From contig NC_068981.1 of NCBI RefSeq assembly GCF_001194135.2, positions 55,183,623 through 55,235,170 of the forward strand: DNA of 51,548 nucleotides, written 5' to 3'. The DNA comes from Octopus bimaculoides (lineage: Eukaryota). The notes below the pieces were generated by a model, which saw only the letters and a list, made by a program, of their open reading frames with translations, searched no databases and was not told the DNA's origin. This document shows positions 10,547-23,681 of the stretch, piece after piece; positions within the stretch are counted from its first letter, which is position 1, and the number at the start of each line of letters is the position of its first letter. The position numbers and the translations under genes were made by a program.

Positions 10547-12536
10547 CTTATACAACCACTCTGTAATTGTTGTTCGATAGCCTTCTCCTTCAAACTATCC
10601 TATTAGCAAGACTGCAAGCAAACATACTATCATATCTTATATTTAGTAATAGTGTATCTAGGTTTGCATTATTCAACACGCCACCACTTTTTTAAAGCTC
10701 ATAAGATGTGATCTGAAGAAGATTTGGCAGTTGTTTCTTGCATGTGGAGCAACTCCTTATGTGAGTATGAATTGTTTTTAACTGCTACTCCTGCTGCTGT
10801 TGTTGTTGGAGGTGATGTTTAACCCCGAGTTAACCCTAATCAAAGCAGACCTATGATTAAAGCATTCTAGCTGTAACTTTTTCCTCTGTACAGGAAATTC
10901 AAGACCACAGTATTCAGCATGCTATTTTCTAATTGCTTAGTGTACGGTTTGAGGGAGATTGGCTGCTGTTTCTAACATGCAAAGGCTCCCTCGTTAACCA
11001 TCTTATCACAAGTGTGGGAGAGAAAATGTAAAATGCAAGGTTCATATCGACAAAGAGAGACAGAGAGACAGAGGCAGGCAGGCAGGCAGGCAGGCAGGAC
11101 CCATTAGTTTGAGCACCAAATACCGTGCTTGTATGTTACGTATGTGGGTAGAAATTTAGTCGCTGGTGAGTTAGATTTTCGGGCTTGAGAGAAAGAGCAG
11201 GTACAATCCCAAGTGACAGTAAACATTCCACATCGCTTATATTCAGTTTTTTGTAGATGAGAAATAAAGTGATGCAAAGCACCAGTGTTTCATATATGGA
11301 TTTGTAGTAGATGAGTCATAAATCATGAAGAATTTCTTGTATCTGTTCGTACTTATATGCGTGTGTGTGCGTGTGTGTCGGAGAAGAGACGTATCCATTT
11401 CTATTGGCCTTCAGTATTTGACATCTGGCTTGACTTCAAGGAAGATAAATATGTTTATCGTTTATAGGTTTATCTCTGTATCCCTCTATATTAGTAGTTC
11501 TTGTTTGTTTTTTTTGTTTTTTTTGTTTTTTGGAATACGTAAGTATAAGTCATTTTAGTAATTATTACACAGTATCAGGAAGTTGAATCACAGAACGCAA
11601 CCACTGAGCCATGGTAAATTTTCTTCTGATTAAAATCTTTAATTATTTTGTTAAATATTTCCCAGCTATAAAAATTGACAACACCCATTCTTACATAATT
11701 AATTCTTCGAACTAAGACGCGCGAGTACAACTATTAAAATCTACAGAGTAGGTCGGAAAAGAACTGAAAAATGTGGTATCTGCAAAACATTTTTAGTAGG
11801 CCAGTGCGGCGGAAGTTTATAGGTTCACTGCTACGTTTAACTGTTAACAGCCATCCAATTAGATAAACTGGGTCAGATGAGAAAGCTATCAGAGATTGAG
11901 GCCACTTTCTAGTTTCATAGAGACAAACGGTTAAAAGGTAAGGCCAAATAGATATCCCGAGAGGTTAATATAGAAAAAGAAAACATGATCCATAACTACC
12001 GAATCAACTTCAATCAGAACATCTGCAATAAATTCACACTCTGCACATCTAATTACATAGCTCTAGCTCCATCTTCTTTTCTCGTCTTTTCCATATGCTT
12101 ACGTTTGTATGTTGAAGGTTGGTGTATGTATGTTTGTGTGCTGTGTTTGAGTATATTATATGAGTGTGTGTGACAGAGAGTGTATGCGCACAATAAGCTA
12201 CTATTTCATGTCGGTTGTTTTCCCCTTTAGTTGTTTTAGTTCTTATCTTTTTCTTCTCGCTAATGGTAGTCTCCATAACATTTTATATTGTTATTAGCTT
12301 AACCAACTTTATAGCTACTGACCGTGTGACTTTAACTCATTTTGAGTAATTTAATCTATAATATTATTGCAATTAAAATGTGTAGCATAGCTCTATTGTA
12401 CATGTGTGACAAGTCTTGTGGTTTTTTGTTCCTTAATTTAACCTTAAATATAAACACCATTTTCAAAATACTTATTCAAAAGCCCAAGATCATAAAAACG
12501 TCATTGGACTTCACTTTAATACATGAAACTAATATT

Positions 12537-12750
12537 GGTTTCAAATTTTGGCACAAGGTCAGCAAGTTCAAGTGGAGTGGGGGAGGTGGATTACACTAAC
12601 CCCAATGCTTAACTAGTACTTATTTTATCGACCCCGAAAGGATGAAAGGCAAAATCGACTTTGATGGCATTTGAACTCAGATCGAGAAAACTGACGAAAT
12701 GCCGTTAGCATTTTGCCCAGAGAGCTAACGTTTCTGCTAGCTCGCCGTCC
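12537..12750 (-). mobile_element. SINE family A copy with TSD
   Basis: Family A body flanked by taatacatgaaactaatatt (12517-12536) and taatacatggaaactaatatt (12751-12771). Confidence 0.9.
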
Positions 12751-13179
12751 TAATACATGGAAACTAATATTCAAAACATTTTATACTTTTTATACAAAAA
12801 CATCCCCACATTATCTGTAAGCAATCCTACATACGTATTCATAACTTCACAGTGTAAAACCACAAGAATCTACAAATATCTTCACTACAAAAATTTGATG
12901 TTGGAGAATTGGTGTGGTTCAATAAAGTCATTATCTTGTTTAAAAAAAAAAAAAAACAACACAAACCTAACAGTGATGGTCGGAGACATAAAATAGTAGA
13001 ACAACTTGTCTCATCGCACCACCGCCACCACTATATCCAATAAACTCGCTAATACTGATACAAATGTCCCGTTTTGGAGGATAACCCCTTGTTAAAAAGT
13101 TATGCTTTATGTACTTCAGTAAACACTTCTCTAATATTTTATGCTTCTTCCGCGTTACTCCACAGTCGAATACACGTCA

Positions 13180-13384
13180 TTATTGGTTTCAAATTTTGGC
13201 ACAAAGCCAGCAATTTCGGGGAGGGGGTAAATCGATTACATCGACCCAAGGACTCAACTGGTGTTTATTTTATCGACTCCGAAAGGCAAAATTGACCTCA
13301 GCGGAATCCAAACGTAGAGACAGACGAAATGCCTTTAAATATTTTGCCCGGCATGCTAATAATTCTGCCAGCTCGCCGCCTTAA
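13180..13384 (-). mobile_element. SINE family A copy
   Basis: tattggtttcaaattttggcacaaagcc...ctgccagctcgccgccttaa. Confidence 0.9.
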
Positions 13385-15145
13385 TTACTAACGGTAAATT
13401 TTGTATTGAACATTTCACGTATCAAATTATACGAATATTTACAAAGCAATATGATTTTACACAAACAACGATTAATGAAATACAAATGATAACTTAACTC
13501 ACCAATACAATGGAGTGCAGGGGTCGGGGCCTTTGGAAACTGTTATACTCTACCTGACCTCGGATTATTTTATTTCATCCTTCACAAAACCACTCAGTGG
13601 TCACTCCCATATGTAAGTCTGTTCCAATGGATTAATCTGTATAATGTAATTTACTATGTGAACAGAAGAAAATAAGTATGCATAATTATAATTAATAAAC
13701 AATTAAATTTTCATTGCTATACTTCGGAAGAATCACTCTACCAATAAACACACGCACCAATCGTGATTCACTTCAATTTCAATTATACCATCAGAAATCT
13801 TTCATCCCATAACATTTGTGAGTGTGTTTATTTTAGCAGTGTAATTCTACCAAAGTTTAACCGTATTGGTTTAAACTTACAGATTCGCATTAAAAGTTTT
13901 GCAAATCAAATTCAAAGAGAAATTTTTATTGATAGCCAATGTCTCCATTTGCAGACATTGAGGAATAGGTATATCCCATGCCCTATTTACCACCTTGTTT
14001 CCATTACTGACTTATAATATTGGAAGAAGTTAACTTATTCCTACCCTTATTTCTCAAAAATTGGTAACTTCAACAAATTGAAATTAGACTTAGTCTTTCT
14101 CGGCATACAAAATATCCAACTTTGCGAGCTTTAAAATATGTCATTCCAGTACCTAACTACTGTTCAATAAATTTGATGTTTTGTATGTATATGTGTGTGA
14201 ATGGATATATGTGTGATTTGGTTTTTGTCAAGCTCAAATAATATTCCATCACTAAACATCAAGACTACACCTACCAATTATTTAAATCAACTTCCTTCTT
14301 TTTTCACTTTCAACAGAAATAAAATTCTGTGATATTGAGAGTATTTATGTTGTTCAAAACATTAAACGCGGTGTGTTAAATATGCTAGTCTGTCTGAGAG
14401 AAAATGGAAATTTAAAAGTAATAGCATCTTATAAATCTTAAATGTTAGCATCGCTAATTCACATCAATCCTATTATTCACTGCTTCTTTCGTCAATTTAA
14501 CACTTTATGTTGTTTAGCGCATATACAACAAAGGAACACTATCCACATTTGTACTCTACACAATACTAATTCTCAGAGACGATTGTACACTTAGCAATTC
14601 TTTCATCACTGCTTCGGCGAAAAGATGAAGTCTATGCTTCGATCATGAGGTCATAATAAGACCAGAGCATTTCCGGAGTTGTCTAAATAATTTGCTGAAA
14701 TAATTAAAATTGTGTTCCTTTATAATAAAGGTACACGGCCTGAAATTTTAGGACAAATGTCCGTTTTAATAATTTGAATACTTGACTAGTATTTATTTTA
14801 TCTCCGCATAATTATTTCCAGCTAGTTTTTTTTTTTTATCGTTCCCAGCATTAAGTGTTAACATCAAGTTATGATGCCAATGGTGCTACCAATGATACTC
14901 TACAAATGCTAGCCTAGTTTTCTTTATATACAAATATATTAGGAACACGAAAATGTTCGCTTAAGAAACCAAGTAAATAGATTTCATTTGTAAAAGGATA
15001 CTAATAAGGAAAATTTAAATTAAAAGCAAATGTCATTAATATCATTGATGACTGACTGCTGACATCTGTTGTGAATTAAACAGACGTGCGAGACAGTAAG
15101 TGATGATTGACAAGCTCTGTTGTTGGAACATTTATGATAATTACT

Positions 15146-15148
15146 ATG
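15146..15148 (+). CDS. tuba: Probable alpha-tubulin coding exon 1 (ATG only)
   Basis: Exon 2 starts at codon 2 (CGA, Arg), so an ATG-only exon must lie upstream, as is typical of animal alpha-tubulins. actATG|GTAAGG is the nearest upstream ATG followed by a strong donor, with A at -3. Not provable without transcripts. Confidence 0.55.
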
Positions 15149-16861
15149 GTAAGGGTGATTTTTCGTTGCAATAATAATTACTCTCGTACTGGTCATTTAA
15201 ATCTCTCTGCTTTCATTACCACATGTTTTCTCTTCAACATTGGTCTCTTTAGTAAACTCAATTATTTTTAGCCATCTGGTTTCATTTTATACTTTCAAAT
15301 ACCAAAGTATACATTAAACTCAAAAGAAATTCTTTTTGCTTTCAATAACATTTATTCCCGTTAGATTTAATGCGACGACAGTTGCATCTAGACCATTCGG
15401 TCAGCTGATGACCAGCCAGTTACATTGTTTATGCTTCATATTCCATCGTCGGTGTTGTGCAGTCTCATTAAACACTCAATAATTCGTTCTCTTCTACCAA
15501 GTGACTTGCATAAGGTGCAGTTCACTGCTGTAGACAGAGCAGATATTTCAAGAGATAGTAAAGCTAAACGCAAGCTCTCTAAGTAACTTTCTTCAAAACT
15601 GTAGCACGCAACCGGCGTCCTGAAAATATGTGCATCTTTCTCTTAAGTATGTAGTAGTCCCACATTAAACACTAACATTGATTAGCGAACAAAAGAATTT
15701 ATTTGCTACACTTCCAGGGGAAAATGAAATATAAATTAGCTTCAATACTTTCTGCAACAGCCTAATATCAAATCTATTCAAAATATTCTATTTGAAATCA
15801 CGTCTGAACTAAAACTAAAGAAAGCATTCTTTTTTTTTTTAATGTCTCTTTCATGCGAAGCGTTAGTCGGGTTCCACTTCTTTCCTTGGCATACAAACTT
15901 CATCTAAATTCATGAGCTCAACTTCATAATTTTTACAGATATAGATTTCTATCAGTTTACTTCAACGCCAGATTTTGCTTAAAATAAAACAGATCGGCAA
16001 CACTAAATAAAACTTTAACTCAGTCATAGTCCTACTCAAAACTTACGTTTGACTCCTCCGTAGAGTACATTCTACAAACTCACGGTATTGTAATTTAGAC
16101 TAACCGGAAAAAAACAACTATCCGTACATTTTAAGGAGCTAAACTATGAGAAACCTAAGCGAGTAGTAAAATTGATGAAGTAAGCCCCCATCACCACCAC
16201 CACCACCGCTACCACCGGGAATTAAATCGATTGAAATTACACCTATAATGAAAAAGATTTCATTAACATCAATAATAAATTCTTGTAAAAGGCAAGAAAG
16301 AGAACTATGAAATTGATTAAAACTCGAATGGGAGGACATGCAATATATGAGTTTAGTGAAATACATTCAGTGATTAAGTAATTTAAAATAATGACATAGT
16401 AATGAAAAGAAAAAATCATTAACGTAGTGGTTATTCTCTTCAAAAGTAAGGGAGATGACTTCGAAATTTGAGTTTATAAAAAACTGAATGTTGGCATGCA
16501 TTGATGAGCGTTCTCCATGTAAATAATCCTTTTGCTATCACAATTATGACTTCAAGTGAAAAAGATTCTGTTTAGCGAATTGTCTCAAGTGTACACAAAA
16601 AATAGTAATAGAATCTGGTGGCTAGAGCAGTCTACATGGGCATGAATCGTATAGAAAAATTAAAAACGAAATATCAACTCAATAGCAATCTATCTTGCTG
16701 CTGTCTCTCGCCGGCAATTTTAGATTTTTCTGTTCCAAAGTAGAAATGTAAAACATCTTTATTAAGCACGTTTTGATATGCAAGCATGTATACTTAGCTT
16801 TTCCTCTTATGTCACTTTTCACTTTTTTAACCATCAAATCATTCAGATAAATTCTTCACAC

Positions 16862-16862
<1 letters not shown>

Positions 16863-16923
<61 letters not shown>

Positions 16924-16930
16924 TCTCCCT
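16863..16930. repeat. (TC)n microsatellite in putative intron 1
   Basis: Direct reading. Confidence 0.95.
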
Positions 16931-18294
16931 CTTGCCTTCTCTCTGTAATACACATATACAAACACATTCTCACAAGTACTGTCGAAGTAAACATTTTATA
17001 CTTAAACAACCACAAAATCTCTTCTTTCTTCAGAAAAAATGTTAAATTGGTTACTGGCCCTGAAACAATCTTCGGCATAAAATTATTCACTTTGTTTTTC
17101 TTCCAACGATTAAGAATTTCACTGTTGCGGATGAGTAAATATAAGCTATAAACATCTTTTGTCGACAAATGCTTGTCATAACAGATTCGTGTCATGAAAA
17201 GCATTATCATTCAAAGCATTCTTTCTATTAATACGACAGTTTAGTGTTTTAATGGCAGCTAGAAAATGGTTTCTAAACGAATCTATCAATGGTACCAAAT
17301 ACAATGAAATTCCTCATTCGTTTCTCTTTAGACTTCTTCAGCGGAACAAAAAGACAAATAAACAAACCTGATGTACGACGATAATGATGGGAAAACATAT
17401 AGTTTGGGTTTCGCTTTACAAATGTATGCCTGGAGCAAAGGAGAGAGAAGGAAAGAAAAACAAGCTGTTCTGTGTATCTGTCTTCTCTCTCATTTACCCA
17501 GCATTCCAGTATGTTCTATAGTAAAACTTTTCCTGTTATTGCTTCTTTTTCTTTCCTTTGATTTTTTTTCCAGCCAACGCTTTTACCACCTACATCTCAC
17601 ATCACCCACGAAAGAAGCCCAATTGTGAGTTGTAAATGAGGTTTTACGCGTTGGATTTCTTTTCATAAGTATATAAAAACATTTTCAAGTTACTCTTCAA
17701 GTTTTTCGGGTTTGAGAATTAGAATTTCGTCTTGAAATTCATGCCAACTTTAGAAAGATATAGGTTATAATGTTAATTATGCAGTTTTTGATTGGTTGTC
17801 GTATTTTCTTGTAATATTGCGTACAAATGAATAAATTAACGGTTTAAATGACAGTCGATAAAAATTACCGTATACACTATAATAAAAAGTATATTGTATC
17901 AAGTCCCTCAAAGACAATGAACAATACTTTTTAATCTTTGTTTATTAATCTTTGCTTATTTAATCTTTGCTTATTTTAATCCTTGGTTATTAACAACGGC
18001 TCTAGCAGAAATATAGTGAAGTCTCACAAATGTAATGCTATGAGTTGGAAAACTTTGATTAATTGAGATTATCCTTGCAAATCAGTAAACTAAAACACTT
18101 TCTCAGTATGATGTTTAAGATTTAAAACCTACAAGCAATTGTGATAATTTTAATGAGATCTGTTGGTCGAAATGCGGATTTGGAATGGATCAAAACTTTA
18201 AATCCAATAGACGCACGTTTGAGCAGGTATTTATATATACAAAAAGGGGAACGTACTGACGCGGAATATATATATATATATATATATATATATT

Positions 18295-18505
18295 CTGCTC
18301 TAGGCAAAAGGCCCGAAATTTTTGGGAAGGTGAGGCCAGTCGATTAGATCGACCCCAGTACGCAACTGGTACTTAATTTATCGACCCCGAAAGGATGAAA
18401 GACAAAGTCGACCTCGGCAGAATTTGAACTCAGAACGTAAAGACAGACGAAATACTGCTAAGCATTTCGCCTGGCGTGCTAACGTTTCTGCTAGCTCGCC
18501 GCCTT
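18295..18505 (-). mobile_element. SINE family A, full-length copy (left member of an inverted pair)
   Basis: Complete head (ctcgccgcctt) to tail, adjacent to (TA)n at about 18267-18293. Confidence 0.92.
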
Positions 18506-18531
18506 AGAAACCCATAAACAAACCTGATGTA

Positions 18532-18697
18532 CGTCTGTCTTTACGTTCTGAATTCAAATTCCGCCGATGTCGACTTTGCCTTTCATCCTTTCAGGGGCGA
18601 TAAATTAAGTACCAGTTGCGTACTGGGGTGAATTTAATCGACTGGCCTCGCCTCCCCAAAAATTTCGAGCCTTGTGCCTAGAGGAGAAAAGAATATA
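18532..18697 (+). mobile_element. SINE family A, 5'-truncated copy (right member of the inverted pair)
   Basis: cgtctgtctttacgttctgaattcaaattccgcc...cttgtgcctagaggagaaaagaata, roughly 90% identical by eye to the reverse complement of the left copy. Confidence 0.92.
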
Positions 18698-19381
18698 TAT
18701 GGGTTTCTTTATACTTTAAGCTATTATGTTTTCTAAGCCTAATCAGAGCACAATCTTCTACATTACCTAGTGATTCTTTCTTCATTTCTTTTCTCCGTAA
18801 GGTGAAAGCTAATCTTTGCTGCCGAGGTCATAACAAAGCCGAAACACTTTCGGAACTGTCTTCTATACTAGTCAAAATAATGAAAATAACGTTGATCATT
18901 GGAAAATATTGTTTCATCGCATAATTATTTCTAGTAAGCTATCAGGTGCTCTCTGCATTATATATATTTATATTAATCTGAGATACTTTACACTAAAAGC
19001 AGTCGTGTTTCTGAATCTAAGTTCCACAAAAGTAGAGTCAAACCAACGTTTCTCAGCCTTCTGCCATTGCAATTCTCCATGTAATACTCCGAGAGAATTT
19101 TATTTTTAATATTTGAATATAAAAACAAAGTGTCGATAATTTAATACGTTAACATTCAATACTTTATCGAGGAAATATTTTTCGGCTTTTATTTGTAATA
19201 AATGTTGTATTGTAGCTTTTTACATCCATAATTAAAGTTTGCTAAATTTACTCTCTAAACTGCTCGGTTAAATATTTGACTAATATTTGTTAAAGTTATT
19301 ATCTTTTATCGTTAATCATTTCAGTTTTCATATGTCCTGCTCTTTTTAAAATTATTTATTTATTCATTTATTTATTTCCAG

Positions 19382-19613
19382 CGAGAATGTATTTCAATAC
19401 ATGTTGGTCAAGCGGGAGTGCAGATTGGAAACGCTTGTTGGGAACTCTATTGCTTGGAGCATGGTATTCATCCAAGTGGTTACCTTCAGCAAGACAACCC
19501 GGATGATGCAGACTTAAATGAAGAAATTTCTTTCAATGCCTTCTTCAGGGAGACAACCGCTGGAAAGCATGTCCCTAGAGCTGTATATGTTGACTTGGAG
19601 CCTAGTGTCGTAG
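19382..19613 (+). CDS. tuba: Alpha-tubulin exon 2 ([12 protein letters not shown]...DLEPSVV)
   Basis: Acceptor ttatttccag, donor G|gtttgt, 232 nt. Translation [77 protein letters not shown] is the alpha-tubulin N-terminus. Confidence 0.98.
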
Positions 19614-19877
19614 GTTTGTAAATGATTTTGTTGGTGCATGTATTCATCAGGAATAATGATAATAGGACAGTGTGTGTGTGTGTGTGTGTGTGCGTGCGTG
19701 TGTGTGCGTATGTGTTGGCGTGTGTATGTGTACGAGCGCGATCTCTAGTCCACATGATTTATCTTTCATCCTTCTAGTAAAGTAGCATTGAATGCTGTAC
19801 GAAAAGGATCCGAAAAAGAAGGGCACCTTAAACAACTGCAGTCTCACGGCTCTACTAAGCAGAGAGTTAAAAATATT

Positions 19878-20092
19878 CTTTTCTACTCTTGGCACAAGGC
19901 CTAAAATTTTGGGGAAGCGAGCCAGTCGATTACATCGACCCAGTACGCAACTGGTACTTAATTTATCGACCCCGAAAGGATGAAAGGCAAAGTCGACCTC
20001 GACGAAATTTGAACTAGAAACGTAAAGACAGACGAAATACTGCTAAGCATTTCGCCCGGCATACTAACGTTTCTGCCGGCTCGCCGCCTCGC
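19878..20092 (-). mobile_element. SINE family A copy with TSD, in tubulin intron 2
   Basis: Flanked by gagttaaaaatatt (19864-19877) and gagttaaaattatt (20093-20106), 13/14 match. Confidence 0.92.
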
Positions 20093-20189
20093 GAGTTAAA
20101 ATTATTGGCAAAGATGCTGGCCAAAAGGTCAATGTTTGTCCCAAAGATCTGTGCAATTCCCAGTAGATCTCTCCATAACAGCTCACATC

Positions 20190-20830
20190 TAATGTTAGGT
20201 ATTATAATGTAGTTTGTGGAATAAATCTAACGTTAGTAGGACGCTGATCAATAAAGACGAGTTCTACCATCGCTACCTGGAAGTTGTCCTCAGTCGATCC
20301 CGTTTTCAGAAGTTTGATCGCTACACTGTATAGTGGCATTTGTTTAGAGGTTAGTGAATGCTATACTTGGGGAGGGTCTGAGAACGCTTCTGCATGTTGA
20401 TGAGAACAGTCTGAGCAGTCGTTTCTGGAAACGTTCAAGTCGGACATTTTAGGCAACTTCCAAAAAGCCTTGGTCTGATAGTGTTAGTGAGATGCATTGC
20501 TTGCTTAAGACAGACTACGGTTATGAGAGTGTGATAGCAGCCAAACTTCTACTAGATGTACTCAGGGCTCCGAAACAATCTTATATGCATTTGTTCACTA
20601 TCCGTGCATCACTGATTTATGAGCTTGTGTCGAACAGTTGTTATACATAGGTGTTATACATAGATGCAGCTGTTAGTCGCATCTATCATAAAAATCGGCT
20701 CCTCACTCAAGAAAATGAAAAATGACACTTTTAATCCCTTTTGAAGCATTAGGGAAATCTGGACCTTTGCAGGCTTTCGTCCGAACCACCACAAGTTGTC
20801 TTCCTCACCAGAGGCGAGCTTCTCTTGTTG
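20190..20830 (+). mobile_element. Highly decayed RTE/BovB-like LINE fragment
   Basis: Translated fragments LETF..ILG, PWSDSV, ESVIAAKLL and LIYEL occur in the order expected for an RTE ORF C-terminus. Similarity is weak. Confidence 0.4.
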
Positions 20831-21342
20831 AAATTTCTTTGGTAATTTCGCCCTCTTTTTATACGATATAAATCCTACTGTTTTATACTTCTACATTGTA
20901 TTGGGTACTTGAGTCTAATAGATTTTATCATCATCATTGTCTTCCTCGTTATTGTTACAATGAATTTTAAAGCATCAATATATCAAACGTCTTAGTTAAG
21001 TATGACTGTGTGGTCATAGCCATATCCTCAAGATTGAAATCTATGAGACAGAAACTGTTTGAAAGCGCGTCAGAGGAACTTTTACTGTTCTTAAGTGGTT
21101 AGACTTAATTCATCATCCAATTTAACAATACCACCTGGCTTTTTGGTACCTTCAGCGAAGTTCACCATGTTACACGTATTCAAGTCAATTCTCCGCTCTG
21201 AGAATAACTCACTCCATTGCTTCCTTTTCTCAACAGTTACAGAGGTTCTAGAAAACGTCGTGAATACTTCAAGTCATTTGATTTTTCTTTTTGAACTTAA
21301 ATCGCAATTCTTGAAATAACGAAATGCTATTCTGTATTTCAG

Positions 21343-21491
21343 ATGAAGTCCGCACAGGCATGTACAGTCAGCTTTTCCACCCCGAACAACTCATTAGCGG
21401 TAAAGAAGATGCTGCCAACAACTACGCAAGAGGTCACTACACAGTTGGTAGAGAAATAATTGACCAAGTCCTGAACTCCATCAGGAAAATG
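21343..21491 (+). CDS. tuba: Alpha-tubulin exon 3 (DEVRTG...SIRKM)
   Basis: Acceptor gtatttcag, donor ATG|gtaaga, 149 nt. Contains [14 protein letters not shown] and is phase-compatible with exons 2 and 4. Confidence 0.98.
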
Positions 21492-21878
21492 GTAAGATTG
21501 TCAAGCGAAATATCTATCGTGGAGAGGGTTAATGATTAACGGAGAGTTCATTAACAGTGGACGTGAGATATTAGGAAAGGATATCTTATTACTCGATGAA
21601 ATTATTATTATTATTATTATTATTATATATNNNNNNNNNNNNNNNNNNNNNNNNNNNNNNNNNNNNNNNNNNNNNNNNNNNNNNNNNNNNNNNNNNNNNN
21701 NNNNNNNNNNNNNNNNNNNNNNNNNNNNNNNNNNNNNNNNNNNNNNNNNNNNNNNNNNNNNNNNNNNNNNNNNNNNNNNNNNNNNNNNNNNNNNNNNNNN
21801 NNNNNNNNNNNNNNNNNNNNNNNNNNNNNNNNNNNNNNNNNNNNNNNNNNNNNNNNNNNNNNNNNNNNNNNNNNNNNN

Positions 21879-21911
<33 letters not shown>

Positions 21912-21912
<1 letters not shown>

Positions 21913-22066
21913 TACAGGCGTCTTTCAGTTTCCGTTTACCAAATCCACTCACAAGGCTTTGGTCGGCCTGAGACTATAGCAGAAGACACTTGTTCAGGGT
22001 GCTATGCAGTAGGACAGAACCCGGAACCATGTGTTGGGAAGCAAACTTCTTGCCACACTGCCACGT
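21912..22066 (-). mobile_element. SINE family B copy (tRNA-derived)
   Basis: tttcagtttccgtttaccaaatccactcacaaggctttggtcggcctgagactatagcagaagacac...gaacccggaaccatgtg...ccacactgccac. B box ggttccgggttc on the minus strand. Confidence 0.88.
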
Positions 22067-22319
22067 CTGCACCCAAGTCTTGTTAATATTATCTAAGTAA
22101 TCATTAAACAGTAAAGATTATTTTGATTTCTGATGTCTGATCATCGTTAGTTTTCTTATACTTAGCATTGTACATAGTACCGGACTATATTCGAACTAGG
22201 AACTTCTATTTTCAAATATCAACTAAACTACTGATGCATAGCTGAGCCTTCTTAAATATCGCAACCTTTCTTTTCCGCAACAGCAAAGTTTGAATTTAAA
22301 TGTTTAATTCTTCTTTCAT

Positions 22320-22530
22320 AAGATAGCGAGGTAGCAAAACCGTTGGTGCGTCAGAATAAGTCCTCTTTATGGCTCATCACATTCTGAGTTCAAATCCCAC
22401 CGAGGTTAACTTTATCTTTCATTCCTCCGGGATCGATAAAATAAAGTGCTACCAGTCAAGTACTAGAGTCGATGTAATCGATTAACCACTTTCCCCTCAA
22501 AATGCAGGCTTTCTTCCAAAATCAGAAAGT
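22320..22530 (+). mobile_element. SINE family A, diverged copy
   Basis: ttctgagttcaaatcccaccgagg...tcgataaaata...ccagtcaagtact...gtcgatgtaatcga. Confidence 0.75.
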
Positions 22531-23372
22531 TGTATTAAACTTCTTTCTTATCTCCGTTTTCCTTCATTTCATTTTGTTCTTTTTGTCTACTTCCATTTTT
22601 TTTTTACAAAGTAAAAAGCATTCACGATTTTTTAATTTTTTCATTGAATAAGTTCCATTATTCTGCAACTCATTACCTAGTTGTATGTTTCCATGAATAG
22701 TAGAAACTTACCCAAGTTCACTAGCTTAAACCTAAGTTCCCTGTTGCTTTCCAGCCTCCTCACCGAGGGAAGACCTATCAAACTATAGGTGCTAATTTCC
22801 GCTACATAACGATGCAATTAAAAATACATTTTATCAGTGTTTAGTTGTGCCTATGGGATCTAATTAAAAGTTGATTCTACTGGCATAATGAACATTTTCA
22901 CGAATCCAGAAACTTTACATATGTGGAAAATGGAATTTAATGAAATTGCTTATCGTATAAAGGTCCTGATGATGATGATGATGATGATGATGATGACAAC
23001 GATGCAGTTAATGACGTCCGGAAATCATTGGTATCTGTACTTAAAGTATGTTTGTATTGGAGATGGTGGGGGCAAGAAGACAACAATAATGGTTAAAAAG
23101 AAACAACTTCGGTAACGTTTTACTTTCTAATTAGCTTAAATTTGAAACTTTTATCTTACTGGTTTTGCTTATGTAGAATGTTCTATTTGATATTCTTATA
23201 CATCTTTGAATACCTGTGTACTTTGATATTTAGTTGCATGGTGCAATACCGAACTACTGAGTCATATATAGACGAAGCGTTACCATACCCAAAACGTTAT
23301 ACCTATGTCTGAGAAAGAAAACTCCTAATTAGAAGCGTTACAGTTGTTAAAACTGTTCGACTGATCCATTAA

Positions 23373-23681
<309 letters not shown>

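Noticed and set aside
15436-15642. 68-codon stop-free frame on the minus strand with a tttcag acceptor, inside putative intron 1 (possible nested exon)
   Set aside because: No recognisable protein similarity or partner exons. Frames of this length are expected by chance in 51 kb. Needs blastx or RNA-seq.
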